DNA of 64,000 nucleotides, taken from contig CAWHDS010000001.1 in the NCBI GenBank assembly GCA_963828135.1, positions 108,087 through 172,086 of the forward strand, in the 5' to 3' direction. Origin of the DNA: an uncultured Solirubrobacterales bacterium. Its GTDB lineage: Bacteria; Actinomycetota; Thermoleophilia; Solirubrobacterales; Solirubrobacteraceae. A model generated the notes under the pieces. The model was not told where the DNA came from and made no database searches. It was given only the letters and a program-made list of their open reading frames with translations. This document shows, one piece after another, positions 36,842-45,623 of this stretch (positions are counted from its first letter, which is position 1; each line of letters begins with the position of its first letter). Made by a program: the position numbers and the translations under genes.

Positions 36842-37740
36842 CGCGCACGCTCCAGTGCCCGCAGCAGCCCCTCGAGCTCGCTGACCTGCCACTGCTGGAA
36901 GCTGTCGCCGGCGGGCGAGAGCGTCTCGGTGACGGTCGCGATCGGAATCCCGGCTGCGCGCGCGAGCTGGTTTACGCGTTGAACGTCCGGCGTCACGTTC
37001 TGGCTGTTGAACACCCAGACCTTGATCAGGTGCTGTTCGGCCTGGCGGTCGACCGTCTGCTTGTCCGCTGCGGTCACGTCGGCTCCTTCGGCGATCGCCT
37101 TGGTGAAGCTGTACGGCGTCAGCAGGCGCAGGCCGAGCGCCTCGCCGAGTGGCTGGAAGATGCTCTCGCTGTAGCCGACGGCGACGCCCTTGTAGCGCTC
37201 GCGGATCTCCGCGATCAGCGCGTGGTAGCGGGCGAGACCGGTCGTCTCGAAGGCTCGCTCGCGGGCGCGGAAGTAGGCGCCGTCCGCGGGCGCTAGCCGG
37301 GTGAGGTCAGCGACGATCGCGGCTGCGACGCGTTCCACGTTGCTCGGCGAATACCACTGGTGTGGGTTGTCGCCGGCCACCAGCCCGAGCAGGTCGCCGA
37401 CGTTCAGCGTGATCCGTCCCGCGAGCGGGTTGGCGGCGAGCAGCCGTGGCGCCCAGTCGTCGTAGCCGATGCCGTTGACGATCGCGAGCTTGGCGACCGC
37501 CATCTTCCGGGCGTCGGCCGGCGTCGGGTCGTAGCTGTGCGGATCGGTGCTCGGGTTGACGATGATGCTCGTCACGGTCGCGTTCGAACCGGCCAGCTGC
37601 TCCGCGATCGAGCCCCAGAAGTTCTCCGCCGCGACGATGCGCAGGCCGGAGCCGGGAGCTGCTCCGGCTCCGCAACCGGCGAGCGCCAGGGCGCCGGCGA
37701 CGACCAGTGCTGCGACTGCTTGCGGGCGATGCTTCGACAT
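36838..37740 (-). CDS. Metal (Zn/Mn) ABC transporter substrate-binding lipoprotein (TroA/ZnuA cluster 9)
   Basis: Lipobox LALAGCG. NFWGSIAEQL, DPHSYDP and NPHQWYSP are metal-ligand regions typical of the family. Confidence 0.85.
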   Translation of the reverse strand: MSKHRPQAVAALVVAGALALAGCGAGAAPGSGLRIVAAENFWGSIAEQLAGSNATVTSIIVNPSTDPHSYDPTPADARKMAVAKLAIVNGIGYDDWAPRLLAANPLAGRITLNVGDLLGLVAGDNPHQWYSPSNVERVAAAIVADLTRLAPADGAYFRARERAFETTGLARYHALIAEIRERYKGVAVGYSESIFQPLGEALGLRLLTPYSFTKAIAEGADVTAADKQTVDRQAEQHLIKVWVFNSQNVTPDVQRVNQLARAAGIPIATVTETLSPAGDSFQQWQVSELEGLLRALERAR

Positions 37741-37791
37741 CTCGGCTCCTCGATGTGGTTCGCGCGCACGCGGCGGTGCCCGCCTTGCTGA

Positions 37792-37817
37792 GATTGGATC
37801 TTATATAAGATTCAATC
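37792..37817. promoter_or_regulatory. AT-rich 26-bp near-perfect palindrome, candidate Fur/Zur box
   Basis: GATTGGATCTTATATAAGATTCAATC has 24/26 symmetric positions. It lies 52 nt upstream of the SBP start and 69 nt upstream of hpnC, and is the most AT-rich stretch of the local region. Confidence 0.55.
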
Positions 37818-37885
37818 CTGTGCTGCGCCGGCGGGCCGTCGTATGTAACGCTGCACGCACTCCGCCGCGCCGGCGGGTCAAGCCG

Positions 37886-38725
37886 ATGTCCGTACCAACA
37901 AACCCCGAACCGATCATGGCCCGCGCGGCCACCGAGAACTTTCCCGTCGCGTCGCGCCTGCTCCCGGCGACGCTCCGCACGCACCTGCTCGCGATCTACG
38001 GCTTCGCCAGACTCGTCGACGAACTCGGCGACGAGGCCCCGGGCGACCGGCTGGCTGCACTCGACTGGCTTTCGGCGGAGCTTGACCGGGCATTCGCCGA
38101 CACCGCCACGCATCCGCTGCTGCGTGCGCTCTCGCCGACGATCGCGGCCTGCGAGCTCTCGCGTGAGCCGTTCGAACGCCTGATCGAGGCCAACCGCGTC
38201 GATCAGAGCGTCCACAGCTACGACACCTGGGCCGCCCTGCTCGACTACTGCCATCTCTCCGCGGACCCGGTGGGCGAGCTGGTGCTGTGCGCGTTCGGCG
38301 CGGCCAGCCCGGAGCGCGTCACGCTGTCGAACGCCGTGTGCACGGCGCTGCAGCTGACGGAGCACTGGCAGGACGTTCGCGAGGACCTCGCTCGTGGAAG
38401 GGTCTACCTCCCACTCGAGGACCTCGCGCGCCACGGCTGCACGATCGAAGACCTGGCGGCCGACCGTGTGGGTGAGCGGCTGCGAGGCGTGCTGGCGCTC
38501 GAAGCCGCGCGTACGGCGGCGCTCTTTCGCAAGGGCGACGCGCTCGTGGCGAGCCTGCGTGGCTGGCCACGGCTGGCGGTCGCCGGCTACGCCGGCGGCG
38601 GGCGCGCGGCGCTGGAGGCGATCGCGCTGGCCAACTACGAGGTGCTCGCGCACAGTCCGCGACCGACGCGCCGGCGCACGCTTGGGGCGATCGTCCGCCT
38701 GCTCGTCCGGGCCGCCGGCGGATGA
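37886..38725 (+). CDS. hpnC: Squalene synthase HpnC
   Basis: ENFPVASRLLPATLRTHLLAIYGFARLVDELGDEA plus a second DxxxD-type region. First gene of three with overlapping junctions. Confidence 0.8.
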   Translation: MSVPTNPEPIMARAATENFPVASRLLPATLRTHLLAIYGFARLVDELGDEAPGDRLAALDWLSAELDRAFADTATHPLLRALSPTIAACELSREPFERLIEANRVDQSVHSYDTWAALLDYCHLSADPVGELVLCAFGAASPERVTLSNAVCTALQLTEHWQDVREDLARGRVYLPLEDLARHGCTIEDLAADRVGERLRGVLALEAARTAALFRKGDALVASLRGWPRLAVAGYAGGGRAALEAIALANYEVLAHSPRPTRRRTLGAIVRLLVRAAGG

Positions 38726-39534
38726 GCGACGCGGCCGTCCGGCACTGCGCGCAGATCACGCGCCGCCAGGCCGCGAACTTCTACTACGGGATGCGCCTGC
38801 TGCCGGCACCCAAGCGGGAGGCGCTGTTCGCGGTCTACGCCTTCGCCAGGCGCGTCGACGACATCGGCGACGGCAGCCTGCCGGCGGACCACAAGCGCGC
38901 GCTGCTGGACGCAGCCGCGGCGTCCCTGGTCGATCCGCCCGCGGACGACCTCGTTCTCCTAGGCCTGCGCCGCGCCGAGCGTCGCTTCCCGCTTCCACGC
39001 GAGTCGTTTCTCGACCTGATCGAGGGCGTGCGGATGGACGTGGACGGAGTCAGCTACGCGAGCTTCGACGAGCTGGTCCTCTACTGCCGGCGAGTCGCCG
39101 GCTCGATCGGGCGCCTGTGCGTTTCCGTCTACGGCAGCGACGATCCCCGCGCCGGCCAGCTCGCCGACGATCTCGGCGTGGCGCTTCAGCTGACGAACAT
39201 CCTGCGCGACGTGCGCGAGGACGCCGAGCACGGGCGAACCTACCTGCCGGCCGAGGATCTCGCACGCTTCGGCCAGCCGAGTCCTGAGACGATCGGCCCG
39301 CTGGTCGCCTTCGAAGCGGGCCGGGCACGCGAGTGGTACGCGCGCGGGCTGGAGCTGACGGCGCTCCTGGACCGCCGCAGCGCCGCCTGCGTGCTCGCGA
39401 TGAGCGGCATCTACCGCCGTCTGCTCGAGCGGATCGCGGCCGACCCGCAGGCGATCCTGCAACGACGCGTTGCGCTGTCGGCTTCGACCAAGCTCGCAGT
39501 GGCGGGCCGTAGCCTGCTCGGAGCGGGCCGATGA
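38722..39534 (+). CDS. hpnD: Presqualene diphosphate synthase HpnD
   Basis: ANFYYGMRLLPAPKREALFAVYAFARRVDDIGDG and NILRDVREDAEHGRTYLP (squalene/phytoene synthase fold). Confidence 0.8.
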   Translation: MSDAAVRHCAQITRRQAANFYYGMRLLPAPKREALFAVYAFARRVDDIGDGSLPADHKRALLDAAAASLVDPPADDLVLLGLRRAERRFPLPRESFLDLIEGVRMDVDGVSYASFDELVLYCRRVAGSIGRLCVSVYGSDDPRAGQLADDLGVALQLTNILRDVREDAEHGRTYLPAEDLARFGQPSPETIGPLVAFEAGRAREWYARGLELTALLDRRSAACVLAMSGIYRRLLERIAADPQAILQRRVALSASTKLAVAGRSLLGAGR

Positions 39535-40826
39535 ACGTCGTGGTCGTCGGCGGCGGAGTCGCCGGCATCGTCGCGGCGCTGGACTGTGCTGCGGCCGGCG
39601 CCACCGTCACGCTGGTTGAGGTGCGCCCCCGGCTTGGCGGCGCCGCCTACTCCGTGGCGCGCGACGATCTGTGGCTCGACAACGGCCAGCATGTCTTTCT
39701 GCGCTGCTGTGTGGCCTACCGCGCGCTGCTGCAGCGGCTCGGTAGCGACTCGCTGGTCGAGCTTCAGCCGCGACTCGACATCCCTGTGCTCGCACCCGGC
39801 CGCCCCACGCTGAGGCTGCGCCGCAGCGGCGCGCGCCCACCACTTCATCTGGCCGGCGCGCTGCTTCGCTACTCACATCTCTCGCTGCGTGAGCGGATCT
39901 CCGCGGGACGCGCCGCACTCGCGCTCGGCCGCCAGCCGTTCGACGACTCGCGCACGCTCGGCGAGTGGCTGACCGACCACGGACAGAGTCCGCGCGCGAT
40001 CGCCGCGCTCTGGGATCTGATCGCGCTGCCGACGCTCAATCTGCCCGCGGCCGAGGCTTCGCTGGCGCTCGGCGCGTTCGTCTTCCAGCAGGGCCTGCTC
40101 GGTGACGCCGCGGCGGGTGACGTCGGCCTGCATCGCGCGCCGCTGCAGGCGATCATCGGCGAGCCCGCGGAGCGCACCCTAGCGAGCGCCGGCGTCACCG
40201 TTCACCTGCGTTGGCCGGTTGCGCGTGTCACGTCGATCGGCGGCCACTTCGCCGTCGTCGGCCCCGATTCCTGGCTGGGCGCGGACGGCGTGGTGATCGC
40301 GGTGCCGCACGACCGCGCTGCCGCGCTCCTGCCGGCGGCGGCGCTGCGTGGCGCAGCCTGGCCCGGAGCGCTGGGGTCATCCCCGATCGTCAACCTCCAC
40401 GTCGTCTACGACCGCCGCGTCCTCGAGCACCGTTTCGCGGCGGGCGTCGACACGCCCGTGCAGTACGTCTTCGATCGCAGCCCACCGGGATGGAGCGAAC
40501 GCCAGTATCTCGCCGTGTCGCTGTCGGGCGCACGCGCTGAGATGGGGATGAGCACGACCGCGCTGCGCGAGCGCTACCTCCCGGCGCTGGCCGAGCTGCT
40601 GCCGGGCGCCGGCGATGCGCGCGTCGAGAGCTTCAGCGCGACCAAGGAGCACGCCGCCACGTTCCGCGCGTCGCCCGGGACCGCGGCGCTCCGCCCTGCG
40701 CCCGCCACCACCGTCGACGGTCTCGTGCTCGCCGGGGCCTGGACCGCCACGGGCTGGCCGGCCACCCTGGAGAGCGCTGCACTGAGTGGTCACGCCGCCG
40801 CCGAGGCGCTGCTTGCACAGCTCTGA
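39531..40826 (+). CDS. hpnE: Hydroxysqualene dehydroxylase HpnE (FAD-dependent amine-oxidase fold)
   Basis: VVVVGGGVAGIVAALDCAAAGATVTLVEVRPRLGG dinucleotide-binding N-terminus, 431 aa, located 3-prime of hpnCD. Confidence 0.8.
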   Translation: MNVVVVGGGVAGIVAALDCAAAGATVTLVEVRPRLGGAAYSVARDDLWLDNGQHVFLRCCVAYRALLQRLGSDSLVELQPRLDIPVLAPGRPTLRLRRSGARPPLHLAGALLRYSHLSLRERISAGRAALALGRQPFDDSRTLGEWLTDHGQSPRAIAALWDLIALPTLNLPAAEASLALGAFVFQQGLLGDAAAGDVGLHRAPLQAIIGEPAERTLASAGVTVHLRWPVARVTSIGGHFAVVGPDSWLGADGVVIAVPHDRAAALLPAAALRGAAWPGALGSSPIVNLHVVYDRRVLEHRFAAGVDTPVQYVFDRSPPGWSERQYLAVSLSGARAEMGMSTTALRERYLPALAELLPGAGDARVESFSATKEHAATFRASPGTAALRPAPATTVDGLVLAGAWTATGWPATLESAALSGHAAAEALLAQL

Positions 40827-40837
40827 GCGAAGCCTTC

Positions 40838-41110
40838 CTACTGCGGGAGGTCAAGCGCGGCGAGCAGCTGCTCCGGGCGCAGCCCGCTGACGCGGACGAG
40901 CTTGAGGCGGCCGCGCTCGCCGCGTATCACCTCGACGCGCGAGGGCGCGACGTTCGCCCGCTGCGCGATCAGGCGGCACAGCGCGCGGTTCGCCTCGCCG
41001 TCGACCGGCGCCGCGCAGACGCGCGCCGCAAGCACCCCGTCACGGAGCCCGATCAGCTCATCGCGCGAGGCTCGCGGCTGCAGGCGCACCTCGATCCTCG
41101 CCTCATCCAT
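40838..41110 (-). CDS. DUF167 (YggU-like) protein
   Basis: 90 aa: VRLQPRASRDELIGLRDGVLAARVCAAPVDGEANRALCRLIA. Confidence 0.75.
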   Translation of the reverse strand: MDEARIEVRLQPRASRDELIGLRDGVLAARVCAAPVDGEANRALCRLIAQRANVAPSRVEVIRGERGRLKLVRVSGLRPEQLLAALDLPQ

Positions 41111-41154
41111 CGGCGGAATCTAGCTCCGATGCACCCTCCGTACGACTGATCGGT

Positions 41155-41160
41155 TAGGCT
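41155..41160 (+). promoter_or_regulatory. Candidate -10 box (TAGGCT) giving a leaderless transcript
   Basis: TAGGCT lies 6 nt upstream of GTG 41167. Confidence 0.3.
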
Positions 41161-41166
41161 CGCGCC

Positions 41167-41760
41167 GTGCTCCACGCCCTGGTCGCAGCCGCCGTCTTCC
41201 ACGATCGAAGCAAGACGGCGTTCTTCATCGCCGCCGGTCTCCTCGTCGCCTGGGCGGTGTTCGTCTCGGCGATCGGGATTCGCAGCGAGCGCTTTCCCTC
41301 ATCGGCACGCCAGGGCCGACTGCTGACCGCCGGCACCGCTGCGTTCGTGGCATTCGCGGTGGCGATGGCGGTCGCGACGGCCAAGACACCGCCGGGCGTG
41401 CCCCCGTACGAGTCCGATGTGGTGACCAACGGCGTGGCGCCGCAGGTCACGCCGGTCAACGCGGCGCCGACCAACGGACCGCTCCAGCTGTCCGCCAATC
41501 CGCAGGGGCAGCTCGCCTACAACACGACGGCGCTCAGTGCGGGCTCGAGTCACGTGACGATCGACTTCACCAACCACTCGCCGCTCGAGCACAACGTCAC
41601 GATCGCCAGCGCGCAGGGCAAGGTGCTCGGCCACACGCCGACCTTCACGGGTGGCACGAAGGTGCTGACGATCGACCTGCCGCCCGGAACCTACACGTTC
41701 TACTGCTCGGTTCCGGGCCACGAGATGGCCGGCATGAAGGGGACGCTCACCGTCCGCTAG
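41167..41760 (+). CDS. Membrane-anchored cupredoxin (plastocyanin/azurin-like type 1 copper protein)
   Basis: Two N-terminal TM helices, then TIDFTNHSPLEHNV....YTFYCSVPGHEMAGMKGTLTV, which supplies the His, Cys, His and Met ligands. Confidence 0.75.
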   Translation: MLHALVAAAVFHDRSKTAFFIAAGLLVAWAVFVSAIGIRSERFPSSARQGRLLTAGTAAFVAFAVAMAVATAKTPPGVPPYESDVVTNGVAPQVTPVNAAPTNGPLQLSANPQGQLAYNTTALSAGSSHVTIDFTNHSPLEHNVTIASAQGKVLGHTPTFTGGTKVLTIDLPPGTYTFYCSVPGHEMAGMKGTLTVR

Positions 41761-41955
41761 CGGGCGTCGGCGGGTCGTGGACCGGATCGAATCCGGCGCA
41801 CGCGAGCACGGGCAGCGGGGGGTAGCGGCGAAGGACCCCGGTTGCGTGCGCGAACGCTCGCACAGTGAGAACACGGAGCCTCGCGTGTTCGACACGAGCC
41901 GCCGATGGGCGCAGCGCTCGCACAATCCTGGGGCTGGTGCCGTGGCCACGCCCAT
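41747..41955 (-). pseudogene. Small Cys-rich protein split by one frame change
   Basis: MGVATAPAPGLCERCAHRRLVSNTRGSVFSLCERSRTQPG in one frame. It continues as VLRRYPPLPVLACAGFDPVHDPPTPASGR in another. The junction is at a G4 run (minus strand) near 41836-41839. Confidence 0.4.
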
Positions 41956-41960
41956 GGCAC

Positions 41961-41966
41961 TATACT
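41961..41966 (+). promoter_or_regulatory. Candidate -10 box (TATACT) giving a leaderless transcript
   Basis: TATACT lies 7 nt upstream of GTG 41974, in an otherwise GC-rich context. Confidence 0.35.
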
Positions 41967-41973
41967 TTATGAA

Positions 41974-43743
41974 GTGAGTACGTTCACCCGCCTGCTCGGG
42001 TTCCTGCGCCCCTACCGCCGAGGCGTCATCTGGTCCGGAGCACTCGCAGCCCTGGCGATGGTGGCCACGGTTGCGATCCCGGAGCTCTCCGGCGAGGCAA
42101 TCGACGCGATCAACGCCCACCACCGCGGCGCGCTGCTGACGATCGCGCTGTGGGTGATAGCGGCCGGACTGATCCGGTTCGGGCTCTCCGCGGCGCGGCG
42201 GCTGGTTGCCGGCCGCGTTTCACTGGGCGTCGAGTACGACCTGCGCAATCTCATGTTCCGCCAGCTTCAGTCCTTCGAGCTGGCCTTCTTCGACCGCCAG
42301 CAAACCGGCCAGCTGATGTCGCGCGTGACGGTCGACCTGCAGGCGATCCGCTTCTTCCTCGGCTACGGACTCGTGTTCATCGTGCAATCCGGGCTGGCGA
42401 TCGTGCTTGCCGCGGTCGCGATGTTCCTGATCGAGCCGACCCTCGCCGCGATCGCGCTCGCCCCCGTGCCGTTCGTCGTCTACATCACCAACCGCTACAG
42501 CCGGCTCGCGCGACCGGCGCTGCAGGAGGTCCAGCAGCGCATCGGTGAGTTGACCGCGGACGTCCAGGAGAACATCGCCGGCGTGCGCGTGGTCAAGGCG
42601 TTCGCGCGTGAGGCGCACCAGCGCGCGCGCTTCGAACGCAGTGTGTCGCGCGTCTTCGACCAGTCGATGGTGGAGGCGCGACTGCAGGCCCGCTACAACC
42701 CGCTGATCGGCTTCTTGCCGCAGATCGGGCTGGCGGCGATCCTGCTCGTCGGCGGCCATGCCGTGATCCACCAGCAGCTCAAGATCGGCCAGTTCACGGC
42801 CTTCTACATCTACCTGCTGATGCTGCTGAGCCCGATGCGCACGCTCGGCGTCTCGCTCGGCATGGCCCAACGGGCCACCGCCTCCGGCGCGCGCGTGTTC
42901 GAGCTGCTCGACCGCTCACCGGAACTGACGTCACCGGCCGGCGCGCCACCGCTACCGCCCGGCAGCGGTCGGGTGCGCTTCGAGGGCGTGACGATGCGCT
43001 ACGCCGGAGCGCGCAAGCCGGCGCTCCGCGACGTCGACCTCGACATCGCGCCGGGACGAACGGTGGCGCTCGTCGGCGCAACCGGCTCGGGCAAGACGAC
43101 GCTGGCCGCGCTCGTGGCGCGGCTGTACGACCCGACCGAGGGACGCGTGCTCGTCGACGGAGCCAATCTCGCGCTCGTCGACGTCGGGTCGGTGCGCTCG
43201 GCGGTCGCGGTGACCGGCGACGACCCGTTCCTGTTCAGCACCAGCGTTCACGACAACATCGCCTACGCGCGCCCGCACGCCAGTCGCGCCGAGGTCCAGG
43301 AGGCAGCACGGCGGGCGCAGGCCGACGAGTTCATCCAGCGGCTGCCGGAGGGCTACGACACACGGGTCGGCGAGCGCGGGCTCTCGCTCTCGGGCGGCCA
43401 GCGCCAACGAATCGCGATCGCCAGGGCCCTGCTTGCCGACCCGCGAATCCTGATCCTCGACGACGCCACCTCGTCGGTCGACGCCACGACGGAACGTGAG
43501 ATCAAGCGAGCGCTCGGCGAGGTGATGGCAGGGCGAACCACGTTGATAATCGCCCACCGCCTCTCGACGATCGCGCTGGCCGACGAGATCATCGTGCTCG
43601 AGGACGGGACCGTGCTGGCGCAGGGAACGCATGACGAGCTGATGCGGCGCGCGCCGCTGTACCGCGAGATCGTGGAAAAGGGCCTTCCCGACAGCGTCTT
43701 CCTCACCCGCAAACCGCGTGAGCGCCAGGTGGCCGGGCTGTGA
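41974..43743 (+). CDS. ABC exporter, fused permease/ATPase (first of a heterodimer pair)
   Basis: Six-TM exporter domain, then Walker A GATGSGKTT, LSGGQRQRIAIARAL and ILILDDATS. The start was chosen at GTG 41974 rather than the ORF start 41905. Confidence 0.85.
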   Translation: MSTFTRLLGFLRPYRRGVIWSGALAALAMVATVAIPELSGEAIDAINAHHRGALLTIALWVIAAGLIRFGLSAARRLVAGRVSLGVEYDLRNLMFRQLQSFELAFFDRQQTGQLMSRVTVDLQAIRFFLGYGLVFIVQSGLAIVLAAVAMFLIEPTLAAIALAPVPFVVYITNRYSRLARPALQEVQQRIGELTADVQENIAGVRVVKAFAREAHQRARFERSVSRVFDQSMVEARLQARYNPLIGFLPQIGLAAILLVGGHAVIHQQLKIGQFTAFYIYLLMLLSPMRTLGVSLGMAQRATASGARVFELLDRSPELTSPAGAPPLPPGSGRVRFEGVTMRYAGARKPALRDVDLDIAPGRTVALVGATGSGKTTLAALVARLYDPTEGRVLVDGANLALVDVGSVRSAVAVTGDDPFLFSTSVHDNIAYARPHASRAEVQEAARRAQADEFIQRLPEGYDTRVGERGLSLSGGQRQRIAIARALLADPRILILDDATSSVDATTEREIKRALGEVMAGRTTLIIAHRLSTIALADEIIVLEDGTVLAQGTHDELMRRAPLYREIVEKGLPDSVFLTRKPRERQVAGL

Positions 43744-45551
43744 CGAGCATCCACACCTCCCGCGCCGCCGAACTGCGGCGTCGGCTGCGTGGAACCAGCG
43801 GCCGCGGGCGGCGCCTGCGCGGACTCGCAGCGCTGCTCGCCCCCTACCGCCTGCGCGTCGTGGCGATGCTCGTGTCGCTGGTCGTCGGCACAGCCGCGTC
43901 GCTGGCCCCGGCGCTGCTCGCGAAGCTGGCGATCGACGACGGAATCGTGCCGCACAACCTTCACCGCCTCGCGGTGATCGTGCTGTGGTTCGTCGTCGCC
44001 GCGCTGATCGTCTGGATCGCCACGGCCGCGCAGACGTTCCTGGTCGAATGGGTCGGCCAGCGCGCGCTCGCCGACCTGCGGTTGGCGATCTTTGCCCACC
44101 TTCAGCGCCTGCCGGTGAGCTTCTACGAGCGCCGCCCCACCGGCGTGCTGATCTCGCGCATGACCAACGACGTCGAGGCGCTCGACACGCTAGTCACGGA
44201 CAGCGCGTGACCCTCTTCCAAGGCGGCCTGACGCTGATCGGGACACTCGGAATCCTCATCTACCTCGACGTTCATCTGGCGTTGCTCACGTTCACGATGC
44301 TGCCGCTGATCCTGATCGGCTCGCTGGTCTTCCGGATCGCCTCTGCCGACGCCTACAGGCGCACGCGCGAGACGATCGGCCACATCACGGGGTACCTGCA
44401 GGAGTCGATCTCCGGCGTGCGCGTCGTGCGCACGTCGGCCAGGAGGCTCGCCACGCAGACGAGTTCGCCGCGCTGAACGAGCTCAACCGCGGCGCGAACA
44501 TGACGACGGTGAACATGAACGCCGCCTATTTTCCCGTGATCGAGTTCATCTCGGCGATCGCGATCGTCGCGGTACTGCTCTACGGCGGCGGCCAGGTCAT
44601 CGACGGAGCGATCAAGATCGGCGTGCTGGTCGGCTTCCTCGCCGCCCTGAACAAGTTCTTCGACCCGATCACGCAGCTCTCGCAGCTCTACACGACCTAC
44701 CAGTCGGGCATGGCGGCGCTGGACAAGATCTTCGAATTGCTCGACGAGCAGCCGGACATGCTCGAGCGCGCCGACGCCACGGCGCTCGGCCCGATTCGCG
44801 GCGAGCTGCGCTTCGAGCACGTGAGCTTCGCCTACGCCAAGCCCGACGGCGAGCATGGCCGGCTCGCGCTCGACGACATCGACCTGGCGATCGCGCCGGG
44901 GAGACGGTCGCCCTGGTCGGCGCCACAGGCGCCGGCAAGTCGACGTTCGCGAAGCTGGTCGCGCGCTTCTACGACCCACGCTGGGCCGCGTGGTGATCGA
45001 TGGCCACGACGTACGCGACGTCAGCCTACCAGTCGCTGCGCTCGCAGCTCGGCATCGTCCCCCAGGAGGCCTTCCTGTTCTCGGGCAGCGTCGGCTCGAA
45101 CATCGCCTTCGGAGCGCCCGGCGCGAGCGACGCGGAGGTCGAAGCCGCGGCCCGGGCGGTCGGTGCCCACGAGTTCATCGAGGGGCTCGAGCACGGCTAC
45201 CAGACCGAGGTGGGCGAGCGGGGCACCCAGCTGTCGGCCGGGCAGCGCCAGCTCGTCGCGTTTGCGCGCGCGATGATCGCGGACCCGCGCATCCTCGTGC
45301 TGGACGAGGCGACGTCGAACGTCGACCTGCACACCGAGAGCCGGATCGAGCACGGTCTGCGCCGGCTGCTGGCCGGTCGCACGGCGATCGTGATCGCCCA
45401 TCGCCTCTCGACGATCAAGGGCGCGAGCCGGATCGTGGTGCTCGCGGGTGGGCGGATCGTCGAGCAGGGGACCCACGAGGAGCTGCTGGCCGCGGCCGGC
45501 GCGTACGCCGAGCTCTACCGCGACTGGTCGCACGCGGCCGCCGCGGCGTGA
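43740..45551 (+). pseudogene. ABC exporter, fused permease/ATPase (second of pair), broken by about five frame changes
   Basis: The coherent protein is spread over three frames. Junctions lie near 44205, 44435, 44898-44901 (G4), 44975-44977 (C3) and 45026-45033. Walker A (GATGAGKST), LSAGQRQ and VLDEATS are still readable. Confidence 0.8.
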
Positions 45552-45623
45552 CAGATGTCACGGCGAGATCAGGACGCTCGCCACTTCCGCTCGCGCCGCG
45601 ACGAGCCTATTGTCTGAGCCAGG

